Shown here: in pieces, positions 29,166-39,128 of the stretch
How positions within the stretch are numbered: the stretch's first letter is position 1
Layout: each line of letters starts with the position of its first letter
Origin: Eubacterium sp.
GTDB lineage: Bacteria; Bacillota; Clostridia; Lachnospirales; Lachnospiraceae
Reading direction: 5' to 3'
NCBI GenBank assembly: GCA_017434385.1
Contig: JAFRFJ010000040.1
Location: 9,252 to 73,251, forward strand
DNA: 64,000 nucleotides
Notes under the pieces: generated by a model
Told to the model about the DNA's origin: nothing
Databases searched by the model: none
What the model saw: the letters and a program-made list of their open reading frames with translations, nothing else
Translations under genes and position numbers: made by a program

Positions 29166-31031
29166 TCAGCCCCTGGCGATGACAATCAGGTCGTCCTGGG
29201 CATGGAAGCTTATTTCCTCAAGCTTTGACGGGTTTATTTCTATGTTAAATGTTCCGTCTTCCGAGAATTTTTTGTAGCCAATGGCAACTTCGCCATAACG
29301 GGCTGCCGATGCTCCCAGTGTATAGAAATCCACCGGCTTCTCAGGGCTGATATAACGGGTGATGTTCTTCATGTAGATGGTTGACCCTCCGTCAGAAAGA
29401 AGATCTTTAAGAATTTCTTTGTTATAACGTTGTTCAGCAATCTGAGCCATCATCTTGGCAGTGATATTACTGCTGACAACAAAGTCTGTTGCCCGCATCA
29501 TCTGTGACAGGCGCTGGTTGCGGGTGTTGTTCATCTCGATGATCAGGGGAACATCGATTCCGAGCTTTTCGGCAATGTCGTTAAGCTGCAGCTGCAGCAT
29601 AAGGGAACGGGCATCAGCTTCCTCTTCACCCATTTCCGGATCGGACATGAGCAGGATGCTGGAGGGTCCTTCTGCCATCAGTCTTTCAAGAATGTTACGT
29701 TTAAATATCTTGCACTCCCTCACATCCAGTTCCACATTATCGAGTTCTTCCCGGGAGGGGAGGAACTCCGCGTCAATCTTGCCGGGTTCCGCGGCAATGA
29801 TCACTTTTGATCCCGGCGCTGAAACTGCATCCTCTTCGATCAGGATCTGTGTGAGCATGTCAGAGTAACCAAGAACCAGCAAAGTATTCGGTTCTTCCTC
29901 GGCATCTGAAGCCCGGGCAAACAGGCTCTCTCCGACTGCCGCCCTGTCATTTAAGACCATGATTTCGTCATCCATAGCAATCTTGATTGCTTTGTCGCCT
30001 TCTTTAAATGTGGAATTTTCATCGCAGTTGATCAGGAGCTCTTCATTACGTATCATACCTATAACGATGGACCTGGTAAGGCGAAGATTGATTTCTTTTA
30101 GAGAAAGACCGTAAAGAGCCGGATTCTCTTCAACATATATTTCGTTTCCCTCAAAACTCAACAGCCTTGCGAGGATTTCGGACATGCCGGGATGCCTGCC
30201 TGACTGTATCATGAGGCGCGCGATTGTTTTATGGAAATTCAGTATCTCAGCCCGTTCGCCGCCGGCAATCTTTGCAGGGTGAAGCACCTGTTTATCACGA
30301 ACTGTTGCAACGATATATGCACTGTCGTTACCATATTCATTCAGCAGGCTCTCACAGGCCAGAATTGTTTTCACTGTCATAAAGTCATCTTTTAAGTTGA
30401 CAATAACTGACTTGCAGGTTTCCAGCGCACATACCTTCAGGTCATTTACACTGTCCGGTCTGCCGTTTCGGCAGACGACACGAAAGTTCCGGTAACCGGA
30501 GATTCGCTCTTTTATGATTTCTTCCATCGCCACTTTATCTTTTTCCGCCATCACTACCACAACCCCATTGGGCTTATTATTATAGGCGATTGCCAGTTCT
30601 TCAATAATTGTAGTGATATTTTCATCAAAACCGATAATAACGATGTGCCCTTTTTCAATTACGAGCGATTTACCCCGCTGAAGGTCTGTAACTTTTTCCT
30701 TAATGGCATTGGAAATAGTACCAATCAGGAAACTGGTGATGAAAATGCCGACCAGAGTTACAACTGTCATGACTGCCAGGTATGCGGCAGTACCTTCTTC
30801 TTTGGCCAGAACACCCGTATTGATTGCATGCATCAGAGTAAACCAGATTGAATGGCCTGTCGAAGAACCACCGCTTCCGTCCGGTCCCCCCAGGGCCACT
30901 GCAGCCAGTCCCCCGATCACAACAACAACAGAAGTAATAACAGCAAGCAGTAAAAGAAGTGATCTGGTCCCCTTTGACATGAGATTATCGAACCAATACC
31001 GAATTCTTTGCCGAAAAGTCACTTTTTTCAT
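29166..31031 (-). CDS. CASTOR/POLLUX-related putative cation channel (TM-pore-TM plus two RCK-like domains)
   Basis: RIRYWFDNLMSKG, two TM helices flanking a pore loop, HIVIIGF, RK..LIIE...DFVVS..ITAKMMAQI, C-terminal INP...DLIVIA. Confidence 0.8.
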   Translation of the reverse strand: MKKVTFRQRIRYWFDNLMSKGTRSLLLLLAVITSVVVVIGGLAAVALGGPDGSGGSSTGHSIWFTLMHAINTGVLAKEEGTAAYLAVMTVVTLVGIFITSFLIGTISNAIKEKVTDLQRGKSLVIEKGHIVIIGFDENITTIIEELAIAYNNKPNGVVVVMAEKDKVAMEEIIKERISGYRNFRVVCRNGRPDSVNDLKVCALETCKSVIVNLKDDFMTVKTILACESLLNEYGNDSAYIVATVRDKQVLHPAKIAGGERAEILNFHKTIARLMIQSGRHPGMSEILARLLSFEGNEIYVEENPALYGLSLKEINLRLTRSIVIGMIRNEELLINCDENSTFKEGDKAIKIAMDDEIMVLNDRAAVGESLFARASDAEEEPNTLLVLGYSDMLTQILIEEDAVSAPGSKVIIAAEPGKIDAEFLPSREELDNVELDVRECKIFKRNILERLMAEGPSSILLMSDPEMGEEEADARSLMLQLQLNDIAEKLGIDVPLIIEMNNTRNQRLSQMMRATDFVVSSNITAKMMAQIAEQRYNKEILKDLLSDGGSTIYMKNITRYISPEKPVDFYTLGASAARYGEVAIGYKKFSEDGTFNIEINPSKLEEISFHAQDDLIVIARG

Positions 31032-31201
31032 CCGAATGCTCCTTTCTCAAAAAACCGGGGAACCATGCGGCAATCTTCAGTCACATCATTCTCCGGTCAG
31101 GATAATAAATACTGTAGTATATTCATATATTAACAGGGCACAAAAGCATATACACTTTCGAAATTCTTACTGTCATGTGAATTTCAGGAGAATCCACATA
31201 T

Positions 31202-31230
31202 AAAAAAGGAAACGTCACCGGACGTTTCCT
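31202..31230 (-). terminator. Intrinsic terminator after the ADP-ribosylglycohydrolase gene
   Basis: Minus strand AGGAAACGTC-CGGT-GACGTTTCCT-TTTTT. Confidence 0.8.
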
Positions 31231-31263
31231 TCCTTCTCTTCATTATTCTTTATCCTGTCGATT

Positions 31264-32067
31264 TCATGCGCGCTCTTTATCAAATCGGTCAAGTACTGCA
31301 AGCATGTCACCGGTCAGTCTTATCCTGCACTCAGCCTTCATCTCTTCAGGAACCCCGTAGAAGGCTTCCGCCATGCCGCCTGCGATGCAGGTCAGTGTAT
31401 CGCAGTCACCGCCCAGGGATACTGCCGTCCGGATCACGTCTTCAAAGTCGTTTCCCTCCAGGAATGCAGTGATAGCTTCAGGCACGGTCTCCTGGCAGGT
31501 CTCCACATGATGATATGCCGGCCTGATCTCATCACAGGTCCTGGACAGATCATATCCGAATTCCCTGATTATGTATTCTCTGATCTCGCCTTTGGAAAAT
31601 CCCTTCCTGGCCATATAGATGGCAGCGGCAGTCGCTTCAGCTCCCTTAATCCCTTCCGGGTGGTTATGGGTCACCTCCGCAGTCAGTCCTGCCTGCTTTC
31701 TTGTTTCTTCAATACTGTCATAGAGCCAGCCTGCGGAAGATACCCTCATGGCCGATCCGTTGCCAAAGCTTCCATAGGGTTTTGGATTCTTCTTCCTGAG
31801 CCAATGATAAAACATCCCGCCATATCCGGCATTCGGGTACCGGTGACCCCATTTCTGCATGGATGAGACAAGTGCTGCCTTTACTTTATCCTCAGCTTCT
31901 CCCCTGCTGTCCAGAAGTGCCTCAGCCACAGCGATCGTCATCACTGAATCATCTGTGAAATGTGATTTCCATCCAAATAGCGGAAATTCCTTTGTCTTGT
32001 TCCCCCTGTCAAATTCATAGGGTGCCCCGATCATATCTCCTAATAATGCTCCATACATAACATTCAT
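31264..32067 (-). CDS. ADP-ribosylglycohydrolase family protein (DraG-like)
   Basis: GALLGDMIG, FTDDSVMT, GNGSAMR, THNHPEG, SLGGDCDT. Confidence 0.93.
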   Translation of the reverse strand: MNVMYGALLGDMIGAPYEFDRGNKTKEFPLFGWKSHFTDDSVMTIAVAEALLDSRGEAEDKVKAALVSSMQKWGHRYPNAGYGGMFYHWLRKKNPKPYGSFGNGSAMRVSSAGWLYDSIEETRKQAGLTAEVTHNHPEGIKGAEATAAAIYMARKGFSKGEIREYIIREFGYDLSRTCDEIRPAYHHVETCQETVPEAITAFLEGNDFEDVIRTAVSLGGDCDTLTCIAGGMAEAFYGVPEEMKAECRIRLTGDMLAVLDRFDKERA

Positions 32068-32170
32068 CTCCTTCTTAATTCTGATGATGCAAGTATAGCA
32101 AAAGCCGGGAAGAAAGAGGTCGCCTGTAAAGCGACTTTTCTCCCGGCCGGTATCTTAGCTGTTGTGCTTA

Positions 32171-32737
32171 TTATGGCCGAAGATGCATGATGATACGATT
32201 GGCCGGTACACTATCCTTCATGGTCTCTTTATGCAAATCCGACACTGCGTTTTGGACCAGAGTCAGGGCCAGCTGATTTTCAACCCTTTCCGGGTCGAAG
32301 CCTTCCCCATCATACTCCACAATGATCTTGGCGCTCTCATCGGCATCGGAATATTCCGCCTTGAAACAGATCTGCTGCTTATTCAGTTCCAGAATAAGAA
32401 TCTGCTGCACCAGTTCTTCGAAGATCTGCCGTATATGCAGGGCTGTTTTGGGCGGGACCTGATTTTTGCTGCAGTAAAGGTCGATCTCGCTGTATGCGCC
32501 CGGCAGGTCGCAGGAAGAAGTCTCAATTTCGATCTCCAGAACCTTAAGCCTTTTTATAAACCGACGTGTGAGTTCCTTCTGCGGATTCGCGAAAATCTGT
32601 TCCGGCCTTCCTTCTTCATGGATTTCTCCCTGATCAGCACCGCAGCCCCAAAGCAGAAGAAAGAGCAGGCTTGTCATCAGCACGAATACAAATCTTTTTT
32701 TTGTATCCTGCCCGGTTTTCTTCCTCTCTTTTCTCAT
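32171..32737 (-). pseudogene. Chimeric ORF: lipoprotein signal peptide joined to the C-terminal tail of an amino-acid ABC ATPase with HATPase-like extension
   Basis: MRKERKK...LLFLLLWGC (lipobox) then directly DQGEIHEEGRPEQIFANPQKELTRRFI, resembling the end of GlnQ-type ATPases; no Walker motifs. Confidence 0.6.
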
Positions 32738-32909
32738 AGATTCCTCCAGTCCGTGAAACCGTTTCTTTACTGATTTTGACTGATACAAATAACTGGTTTT
32801 ATAATACTGTAAAAGTATTTTCTGTTCAATAAATCATAAGCAAAATATTGATTTCTGTCATTCTTTTACCCGGACAGTTCTAGGGCCGGACTTATTCCCA
32901 ATATCGAAG

Positions 32910-32951
32910 AAAATCTCCTCACCGCCATATGGATGGTGAGGAGATTATTTT
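32910..32951. terminator. Intrinsic terminator after the HD-domain gene
   Basis: AAAATCTCCTCACCGCC-ATAT-GGATGGTGAGGAGATTATTTT inverted repeat. Confidence 0.75.
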
Positions 32952-32973
32952 ACATTTCGGTTTGACATTTTTA

Positions 32974-33756
32974 TCAGTTCTCATGCACTTGCAGATCGAC
33001 ATATTCATTTACTGTCTTCCGGAGTCTCTCCATCTTTTCCCCGGTGTCCGGGTTGGAGTAGGGGATCCGGTCAATAATCCGGTTAACAAAATCATTCTCC
33101 TTAATAATCTGAAAAGTCTCCCTGAAGTTTATATCAAAGAAATAGGCAATGTAAGATATCCAGTAATCCATCTTTGTGACCCGGTCAGCCGATCTGACAG
33201 ACCTCCGGTCCATACATGTCTGAAACACTTTGTCTGTGACAGGCTGGCTGCCTACCTCTTCTGCATCCATGCCCACAAGCACCTTTATATCATCTTCCAG
33301 TTTCACCCTGCAGTTATCAAGCTTATCCGCATCCCGGATCAATCTGGCATGGAGAAGAGTCCTCTCATCTTCTATGGGGCCCACCGAATAAGCACTGTGG
33401 CGCCTAATCGCCTCCCTGATGACGTGGTCCCAGCGGTCGGAAGCCACAAAAGACCGGATCCGGGGATTGTCCGTATCAAACAGAAGGTCTACACCAAATT
33501 GTGCGTGATCCATGGTGCAAGGTTCAAAGCTGTCATACATTCTCACCTGTTCGAATCGCCCGATATCATGCAAAAGGGCGATTACTTCCGCAAGTTCTCT
33601 GTCTTCCGGGCCAAGATTCATCCTTCTTGCAATCTCCCTGGCGCAGCGAACGACCTCATTGGTATGGATGAGTTTCAGTTTTATTTTTTCATTACTTCTG
33701 TCAAAGTCGTCCAGATAACGTTCGAACTCTGAATGGGCTCTTTTAATATCGATCAT
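32974..33756 (-). CDS. HD-domain protein
   Basis: KLIHT..V, IALLHDIGRFEQ, DHA, IRDADKLD. Confidence 0.9.
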   Translation of the reverse strand: MIDIKRAHSEFERYLDDFDRSNEKIKLKLIHTNEVVRCAREIARRMNLGPEDRELAEVIALLHDIGRFEQVRMYDSFEPCTMDHAQFGVDLLFDTDNPRIRSFVASDRWDHVIREAIRRHSAYSVGPIEDERTLLHARLIRDADKLDNCRVKLEDDIKVLVGMDAEEVGSQPVTDKVFQTCMDRRSVRSADRVTKMDYWISYIAYFFDINFRETFQIIKENDFVNRIIDRIPYSNPDTGEKMERLRKTVNEYVDLQVHEN

Positions 33757-33761
33757 AATTA

Positions 33762-34640
33762 TTAATTACTCCTGCGAGCAAATATATATTCCACCCCTGC
33801 AGGTGCAGCCATCGGACAGGCGGGGCTGTTTTCATTATAACCTGTGAAGTACAGTTTTGTCATGTCTTCAGCCCCAAGATGCTCTACTGCTCTAAAGCCA
33901 CATTCGGATAAAAGTGCCTCCATCTCTCCAAGGGAATACTGTGCTTTCATCTTCTCACCCGCACCGGCGGCCAGAGTTTTATTCACCTTTGTCTCCCTGC
34001 TTTCCTCCTTGGAAGGGAAATCAAAACATATGACAGAACCTTCCGGCATTAAACCCGCCAAAAGCTTTATCAGTTTCTTCCACTCATCTTTTTCCAGATA
34101 ATAACTGATGCCCAGGAGACTTCCAAAAGACTTCTCAGAAGTTTTGAATCCCTTTTCAATCAGCTTTTCAACCCAGCTTCCATCCGCAAGATCACATGGT
34201 ACATACTTTGCATCTGTCTTCAGGCCGGCATTTTCAATCCGCGTATTCTTATCATCCAGCATATCAGGCAGATCCAGCTCATACACGTCGACAGCCGCAT
34301 CTGCGTTTCTGAGTGAAAAGGTATCATAGCCGGAAGCAAAGATCAGATACTGCCCGCACCCCTTCTTAATCTCTTTTCCAAGCTTACTCTCACAGTAAGC
34401 GCTTCTTGCAAGCACAGACGGGGACAGCTGCTTATCAACAATGAGCCTCAGCCCCTCTTCTCTGCTACCTCCAAATCCCGGAAGGAAAAAGCCGGTCCCC
34501 TGCATCATACTTTCCGCAATCTGATCATAATCTTCCCCCAGAATCTTTTTCGCCATACTATCTGCAAAAATGTAAGTCTTATTGTTTTCAAAGTGATATG
34601 CTCTTGCAAAACAGCTCACCTTGGCAGTTGTATTATCCAT
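33762..34640 (-). CDS. SAM-dependent methyltransferase, leucine-carboxyl methyltransferase-like (MtfA/LCM) family
   Basis: RAYH, IFAD.MA, QYLIFASGYDTF, VYELDLP, LLGISYYL. Confidence 0.88.
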   Translation of the reverse strand: MDNTTAKVSCFARAYHFENNKTYIFADSMAKKILGEDYDQIAESMMQGTGFFLPGFGGSREEGLRLIVDKQLSPSVLARSAYCESKLGKEIKKGCGQYLIFASGYDTFSLRNADAAVDVYELDLPDMLDDKNTRIENAGLKTDAKYVPCDLADGSWVEKLIEKGFKTSEKSFGSLLGISYYLEKDEWKKLIKLLAGLMPEGSVICFDFPSKEESRETKVNKTLAAGAGEKMKAQYSLGEMEALLSECGFRAVEHLGAEDMTKLYFTGYNENSPACPMAAPAGVEYIFARRSN

Positions 34641-34662
34641 GTCCTTTCATCTTTCCTTATCA

Positions 34663-35079
34663 TCAATGTCCTTTATGCTTCTCTTTTTTCTTTATCTGCT
34701 TCAGTTCAAACAGACGCTGCTTCTCAGCTTCCTTCTGTTTCCTGCTTCTGGCTTTCCGTTCAAGTTTATTCTGCTCCTGCTGTAATTTGAGGGCCTGCTG
34801 CGATTTTGTTCCTATGCCTTTTCCTAAAGTCTGTTTTCTCGCATCACGCTGTGCTCTCTTAGGGTTTTTCCCGATATCCTTAGTCATTGTTTTGATCGTC
34901 GGGCTAAAGGACAGTCGATTGTAATTCAGGTTTATAAATTCGTGCACTTGGTAGTCTTTCGGTTCCGCGCCGAATGTCGTCTTCGCCACCGACAGTTTTT
35001 CATTCTCGACTCTCTCGAATACACCTACCCAGAAGGGATCCTCAAAATACACTGTCAGTTTTATTACATTTGCCATCAA
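34663..35079 (-). CDS. YjdF family protein (DUF2992)
   Basis: LTVYFEDPFWVGVFER, FGAEPKD, NPKRAQR, GTKSQQAL, C-terminal KKKEKHKGH. Confidence 0.9.
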   Translation of the reverse strand: MMANVIKLTVYFEDPFWVGVFERVENEKLSVAKTTFGAEPKDYQVHEFINLNYNRLSFSPTIKTMTKDIGKNPKRAQRDARKQTLGKGIGTKSQQALKLQQEQNKLERKARSRKQKEAEKQRLFELKQIKKKEKHKGH

Positions 35080-35758
35080 ATCTCACTTTCTCTACCTTAT
35101 TCCAGTCCCGGTTTTCACACCACCACACAGTCCTCTCAGCCACGTCAAATACCATTGTAACAACCGTAGGACAGACTTCCTGTGAAACGGCTTTCATAAT
35201 CTCAAAGCAGTCATTCATGTCAAAGTCATCGGCTGCTTCTTTCAGCATGGCTTCTGCTTTATGATACCTGTCCCAGCCCATCCAGGGATGTTTCTCCGAA
35301 TCCTGCTTATAAGGGGAGAAGTTTGTCAGAATTTTATACTCCGGCTTTTCATAATACTCAAATCCCTGGCCCGGTATGATGTGGAGTACATTGCCGTCCG
35401 CATCTGACAGGGCGGACATAAAGGTAAGGCCGGGAATGCTGAAGACAGGATTTTTTTCTGCGATCTCCCGGATTTCCTGCAGGGTCTTTTTCTGCAGCAG
35501 CAGGTCAATGTCCAGCAGGATTACATTTTCCCCGAGCCCTGTCGGATTGGAACGTTCATCAAAAGGCCAGCAGGTGGGCATTCCGACGAAGTCTCCTCTG
35601 GAATTTGCTCCGAACAGGGGCATCCAGCCTTCCTTTGCATCATTGACTTCAATATAGACTCCGTTATCCGCAGGCCGTACCCTGTATTCCATATCAAGAA
35701 GATCCAGATTCCAGCCTACAATCGTTTTTTTCTTATTTACAACAATGCTTGTACACAT
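35042..35758 (-). CDS. Putative N-terminal-nucleophile (Ntn) hydrolase, choloylglycine hydrolase-like
   Basis: Begins MCTS (Cys2 nucleophile), GWNLD, G.NS.G.F, ILTNF. Confidence 0.6.
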   Translation of the reverse strand: MCTSIVVNKKKTIVGWNLDLLDMEYRVRPADNGVYIEVNDAKEGWMPLFGANSRGDFVGMPTCWPFDERSNPTGLGENVILLDIDLLLQKKTLQEIREIAEKNPVFSIPGLTFMSALSDADGNVLHIIPGQGFEYYEKPEYKILTNFSPYKQDSEKHPWMGWDRYHKAEAMLKEAADDFDMNDCFEIMKAVSQEVCPTVVTMVFDVAERTVWWCENRDWNKVEKVRFDGKCNKTDSVF

Positions 35759-35799
35759 CTTGTTTCACATCCTCCTCCATTGCCGGATTCCCTCGCGGA

Positions 35800-36348
35800 T
35801 TACCGGTGCAAACCCTTTTCCCATTCACCTTTCGTAAGTCTTGTAATATGCTCAGTGCGGATATCGTCCATCAGTTCCCAGTGCATATCCCGGTTGGTAT
35901 GATGATAAGTAAAGCCGCATTTTTCCTGAACACGCCTGGATTTGTCATTGCCTTCAAAATAGCCGCACCACAGAGTTTCCAGGTTCAGATCCTCGAAGGC
36001 ATGGCGGATCATCTCTTTTGTTGCTTCCGAAATGATCCCCTGTCCCCAAAAGGGCAGGCCGACCCAGTAACCGATCTCTCCTTCCGTATCCGGCAGACCG
36101 ATATTGCTCTTATCCCCGATCATAAGCCCTATACTGCCTATTGCTTTTGCATCTTCCTTCAGGCAGACCGCATAGGTTTCCGGCACCGAAAGTACAGAAT
36201 GTATAATCTCCCTGCTGTTCTCTACACTTGTATGGGTCGGCCAGCCTGCAACCGGACCAACCAGGGGATCTTTTGCGTATTCATATAAACTATCTGCGTC
36301 GCTTTCTTCCCAGGGACGCAGGATCAGCCTTTCTGTATATAAAATCAT
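35800..36348 (-). CDS. GNAT family N-acetyltransferase (RimJ/RimL-like)
   Basis: TERLILRPW, EIGYW, FWGQG, NDKSRRVQEKCGF. Confidence 0.92.
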   Translation of the reverse strand: MILYTERLILRPWEESDADSLYEYAKDPLVGPVAGWPTHTSVENSREIIHSVLSVPETYAVCLKEDAKAIGSIGLMIGDKSNIGLPDTEGEIGYWVGLPFWGQGIISEATKEMIRHAFEDLNLETLWCGYFEGNDKSRRVQEKCGFTYHHTNRDMHWELMDDIRTEHITRLTKGEWEKGLHR

Positions 36349-36389
36349 AATTACAACTCCTCATTTGCTAATGTCTGTTTCATGCTTTT

Positions 36390-36989
36390 TTAACTGTGAT
36401 CGTTCCCGTATGTCTTAATAAAATGATGGCTGAACTTTTCAATCTGCCTGATCGCCTCTTCTGTTTTCTTCGGCTCCCGATCGCACAGGTGTATCAGTGC
36501 CGATATCGGAGTGGTATATGCGAAGGCGAGCATGGCCGGATCTTCCCTGCGGACCAGCCCTTTATCCATCATGCCTGCAAATGTGTGGGTAAACATATCT
36601 TTCAATCCGGTAAGAAAATGCTTTGTCGCAAGACTGCAGGCACGATCATCCCGAAACTGCTCGATGGTAAGAAGTTTCCTTGTCTTGATGACTCTTTCAT
36701 CGTGAACCGTAAAATTCACCATCCGCATGGTCATTGCCGTAAATTCTTCTGCCGAATCCGGTACCGGCGGCAGATGGTCTGCAGATCCGAAGCCTTCATC
36801 ATAATAAATGATCAGTTCATCAAGGAGCTTATTCCAGATATCTTCCTTGCTTTTAAAATGCTTATACATCGAAGACTTGACCAGTCCGAGAGAGGCGGTA
36901 AGCTCACGGATATTCGTACCGGCATAGCCGTTTTTCGAAAACATTTCCAATGCTGCATCCAATATTCTTTCTTTTGTATCTTTAGCCAT
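36390..36989 (-). CDS. TetR/AcrR family transcriptional regulator
   Basis: ILDAALEMFSKNGYAGTNIREL...LVKSSMYKHFKSKEDI. Confidence 0.95.
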   Translation of the reverse strand: MAKDTKERILDAALEMFSKNGYAGTNIRELTASLGLVKSSMYKHFKSKEDIWNKLLDELIIYYDEGFGSADHLPPVPDSAEEFTAMTMRMVNFTVHDERVIKTRKLLTIEQFRDDRACSLATKHFLTGLKDMFTHTFAGMMDKGLVRREDPAMLAFAYTTPISALIHLCDREPKKTEEAIRQIEKFSHHFIKTYGNDHS

Positions 36990-37012
36990 GATATCCTCCC
37001 GGAATACAAAAA

Positions 37013-37053
37013 GTGACCGTTCGTTCTCTTAATTATAGAGAACGAGCGGTCAC
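37013..37053. promoter_or_regulatory. 17-bp inverted repeat upstream of tetR (probable double operator)
   Basis: GTGACCGTTCGTTCTCT-TAATTAT-AGAGAACGAGCGGTCAC (1 mismatch); each arm is itself pseudo-palindromic. Confidence 0.6.
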
Positions 37054-37205
37054 CTGTCAAGTCCCTGCGGCGAGAAGGTCTAAACAGGTTGCAGTAGTAC
37101 CTTCGGGCGTCTATAATATATTTAACCGTATATTTTTCCGATATTCCGGAAGTGGTGATGATAATAAAAACCAACTGCCGGCTGAAATCGCAGGAGGAAT
37201 AAAAA

Positions 37206-39056
37206 ATGTCTGATACACAAAAAAAGGATAAGCCTGAACATAAAGAAGAACAGAAAAGATCAATGGCTCATCGCAGGAAAATCCGGGAGAGGCAGAGAAA
37301 GCGTAGGATCAGGAAAGAGATGATCCGCCGGCTGACTGCAATAGCTGCGGCCTTTCTTCTGGTGATTCTGATTCTGGGATTGTTTCTTCACCGGCCTGCC
37401 GAAAAGAAAGAAAGGGCTTCGGATAAGAAGCAGACGTCAGGCCAGGTCGAAAAAAAGAAGAAAAAGTCCGTAAAAAAAGGGGAAAAGAAGAAAAAGAAAA
37501 ATGCGGCAGCCCGTAAAGAAGAAGCGCCGGACAGCTTTTCGCCCCACTCTGTGCCGGGAACCGAGCCCGACCGGCTGATCGCCGACACAGGGATCATGGT
37601 GGACGGGGAGGAACTGGCTTCGGAGGATGCTTTTACCCCCTGGTACCGGATGAACTTCGGAAGTCCTGTCAATTATACAAAGGAAAAGGGAATCGTGACC
37701 TTCCGGGGCAATACATTCAGGGATGATCCCACCTGGGGAACAGCGGACATGAAGGATTACAGGATCCAGGGGAACTGGGAGGTCCCCAGCGACTCTCTGG
37801 GATATAACGGTAAAGCCTGGACCGGAAGCGGCTGGACCGGCCAGCCTCTTATGATGAAGTGGCCCCGGGAAACGAAGGCAATCATGAACATGTATGACTG
37901 GGCTAAGGAAGATGACGATCTTGTGGAAGTGATCTACGCCTGCCTGGACGGCAAAGTCTATTTCCTGGATCTGAAGACCGGAGAGCCGACCCGGGACACG
38001 CTCAATCTGGGATTCACATTTAAAGGGTCAGGAGCCCTGGACCCCCGCGGTTATCCTCTCCTCTATCTGGGCTCCGGCTACAGCAGCAAGCTCGGGAAGT
38101 CCCGTGCATTTATCATCAGCCTTATTGACTGCAGCACACTGTATACCTTCGGCAACGAGGATCCTTTCGCCGAGAGAAGTGTCAGCTTCTTTGATTCCTC
38201 GGCCCTGGTCGATGCCGAGTCAGATACCCTGATCTATCCGGGTGAAAACGGAGTTCTCTACCTGCTTCACCTGAATACACAATACGATGAGAAAGCAGGA
38301 ACTCTGTCGGTGGATCCGGACAGAACAGCCAAATGGAAATACAGGGGTGTACGAAGCGGTGATGAATTCTGGCTTGGTATGGAAGACAGCGCGGCTGTCT
38401 ACGGCGGCTATCTCTTTATTGCGGAGAACGGCGGCTGCCTTATGTGTCTGGACCTGAATACCCTGAAGCTGGTCTGGGCTCAGGATACCCTGGATGATAC
38501 CAATTCCAGTCCGGTCTTAAGCGTAGAGAACGGCAAGCTCTATCTTTATATAAGCACCTCCTTCCATCAGGGCTGGCGCAGTATGGACACAGCCACCATC
38601 CCGATCTGGAAGATTGACGCGGAAACCGGTGAGATCGTATGGCAGAAGGAGTATGAGTGTCATACCAGAGAGGGCGTATCCGGCGGAGTGGAGTCAACAA
38701 TCGCCCTGGGAAGAAATGATCTTTCGGATTACATTTACGTGACTGTGTCCATGACAGAAGATACCGGCCACGGCGTTCTGGCCTGCATCAGAAAGGACAG
38801 CGGAGAGGTGGCCTGGGAGCATTCCGCAGCTTATGCATGGTCCTCTCCCGCCTGTGTCTACAATTCCGACGGCAGCGGGGCGGTCCTTTACTGCAGCTCC
38901 GACGGAAAAATGTATCTGCTCAACGGACTGACCGGAGAGGTCTATAATGAATATGATTTTGGCCAGTGTACCATCGAAGCGTCACCGGCCATCTATGAAA
39001 AATATCTGGTTGTCGGAACAAGAGACTGCAGAATATGCGGGCTCAGTCTGGAGTAA
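37206..39056 (+). CDS. Membrane-anchored PQQ-like beta-propeller repeat protein
   Basis: Basic N-terminus, one TM helix, Lys-rich linker, repeated 'Y.LD..TG...W' propeller motifs, SSP motifs. Confidence 0.8.
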   Translation: MSDTQKKDKPEHKEEQKRSMAHRRKIRERQRKRRIRKEMIRRLTAIAAAFLLVILILGLFLHRPAEKKERASDKKQTSGQVEKKKKKSVKKGEKKKKKNAAARKEEAPDSFSPHSVPGTEPDRLIADTGIMVDGEELASEDAFTPWYRMNFGSPVNYTKEKGIVTFRGNTFRDDPTWGTADMKDYRIQGNWEVPSDSLGYNGKAWTGSGWTGQPLMMKWPRETKAIMNMYDWAKEDDDLVEVIYACLDGKVYFLDLKTGEPTRDTLNLGFTFKGSGALDPRGYPLLYLGSGYSSKLGKSRAFIISLIDCSTLYTFGNEDPFAERSVSFFDSSALVDAESDTLIYPGENGVLYLLHLNTQYDEKAGTLSVDPDRTAKWKYRGVRSGDEFWLGMEDSAAVYGGYLFIAENGGCLMCLDLNTLKLVWAQDTLDDTNSSPVLSVENGKLYLYISTSFHQGWRSMDTATIPIWKIDAETGEIVWQKEYECHTREGVSGGVESTIALGRNDLSDYIYVTVSMTEDTGHGVLACIRKDSGEVAWEHSAAYAWSSPACVYNSDGSGAVLYCSSDGKMYLLNGLTGEVYNEYDFGQCTIEASPAIYEKYLVVGTRDCRICGLSLE

Positions 39057-39128
39057 CCTGACAGTTACTGTATAAACCTTACTGTATAATACTGACAATA
39101 TAAACTTTTATCTCAGAGGAGGGCAATT

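Noticed and set aside
31040-31140. c-di-AMP (ydaO), fluoride or Na+/Li+ riboswitch upstream of the channel gene
   Set aside because: None of the conserved cores of these classes is visible; only a generic hairpin, kept as a low-confidence finding.
34663-35110. yjdF riboswitch upstream of the YjdF gene
   Set aside because: The gene overlaps the preceding CDS, leaving no leader.
39065-39089. Direct repeat TTACTGTATAA twice, 14 bp apart, upstream of pyk
   Set aside because: Short, AT-rich and overlapping a likely -10 box; could be a local duplication with no regulatory meaning.
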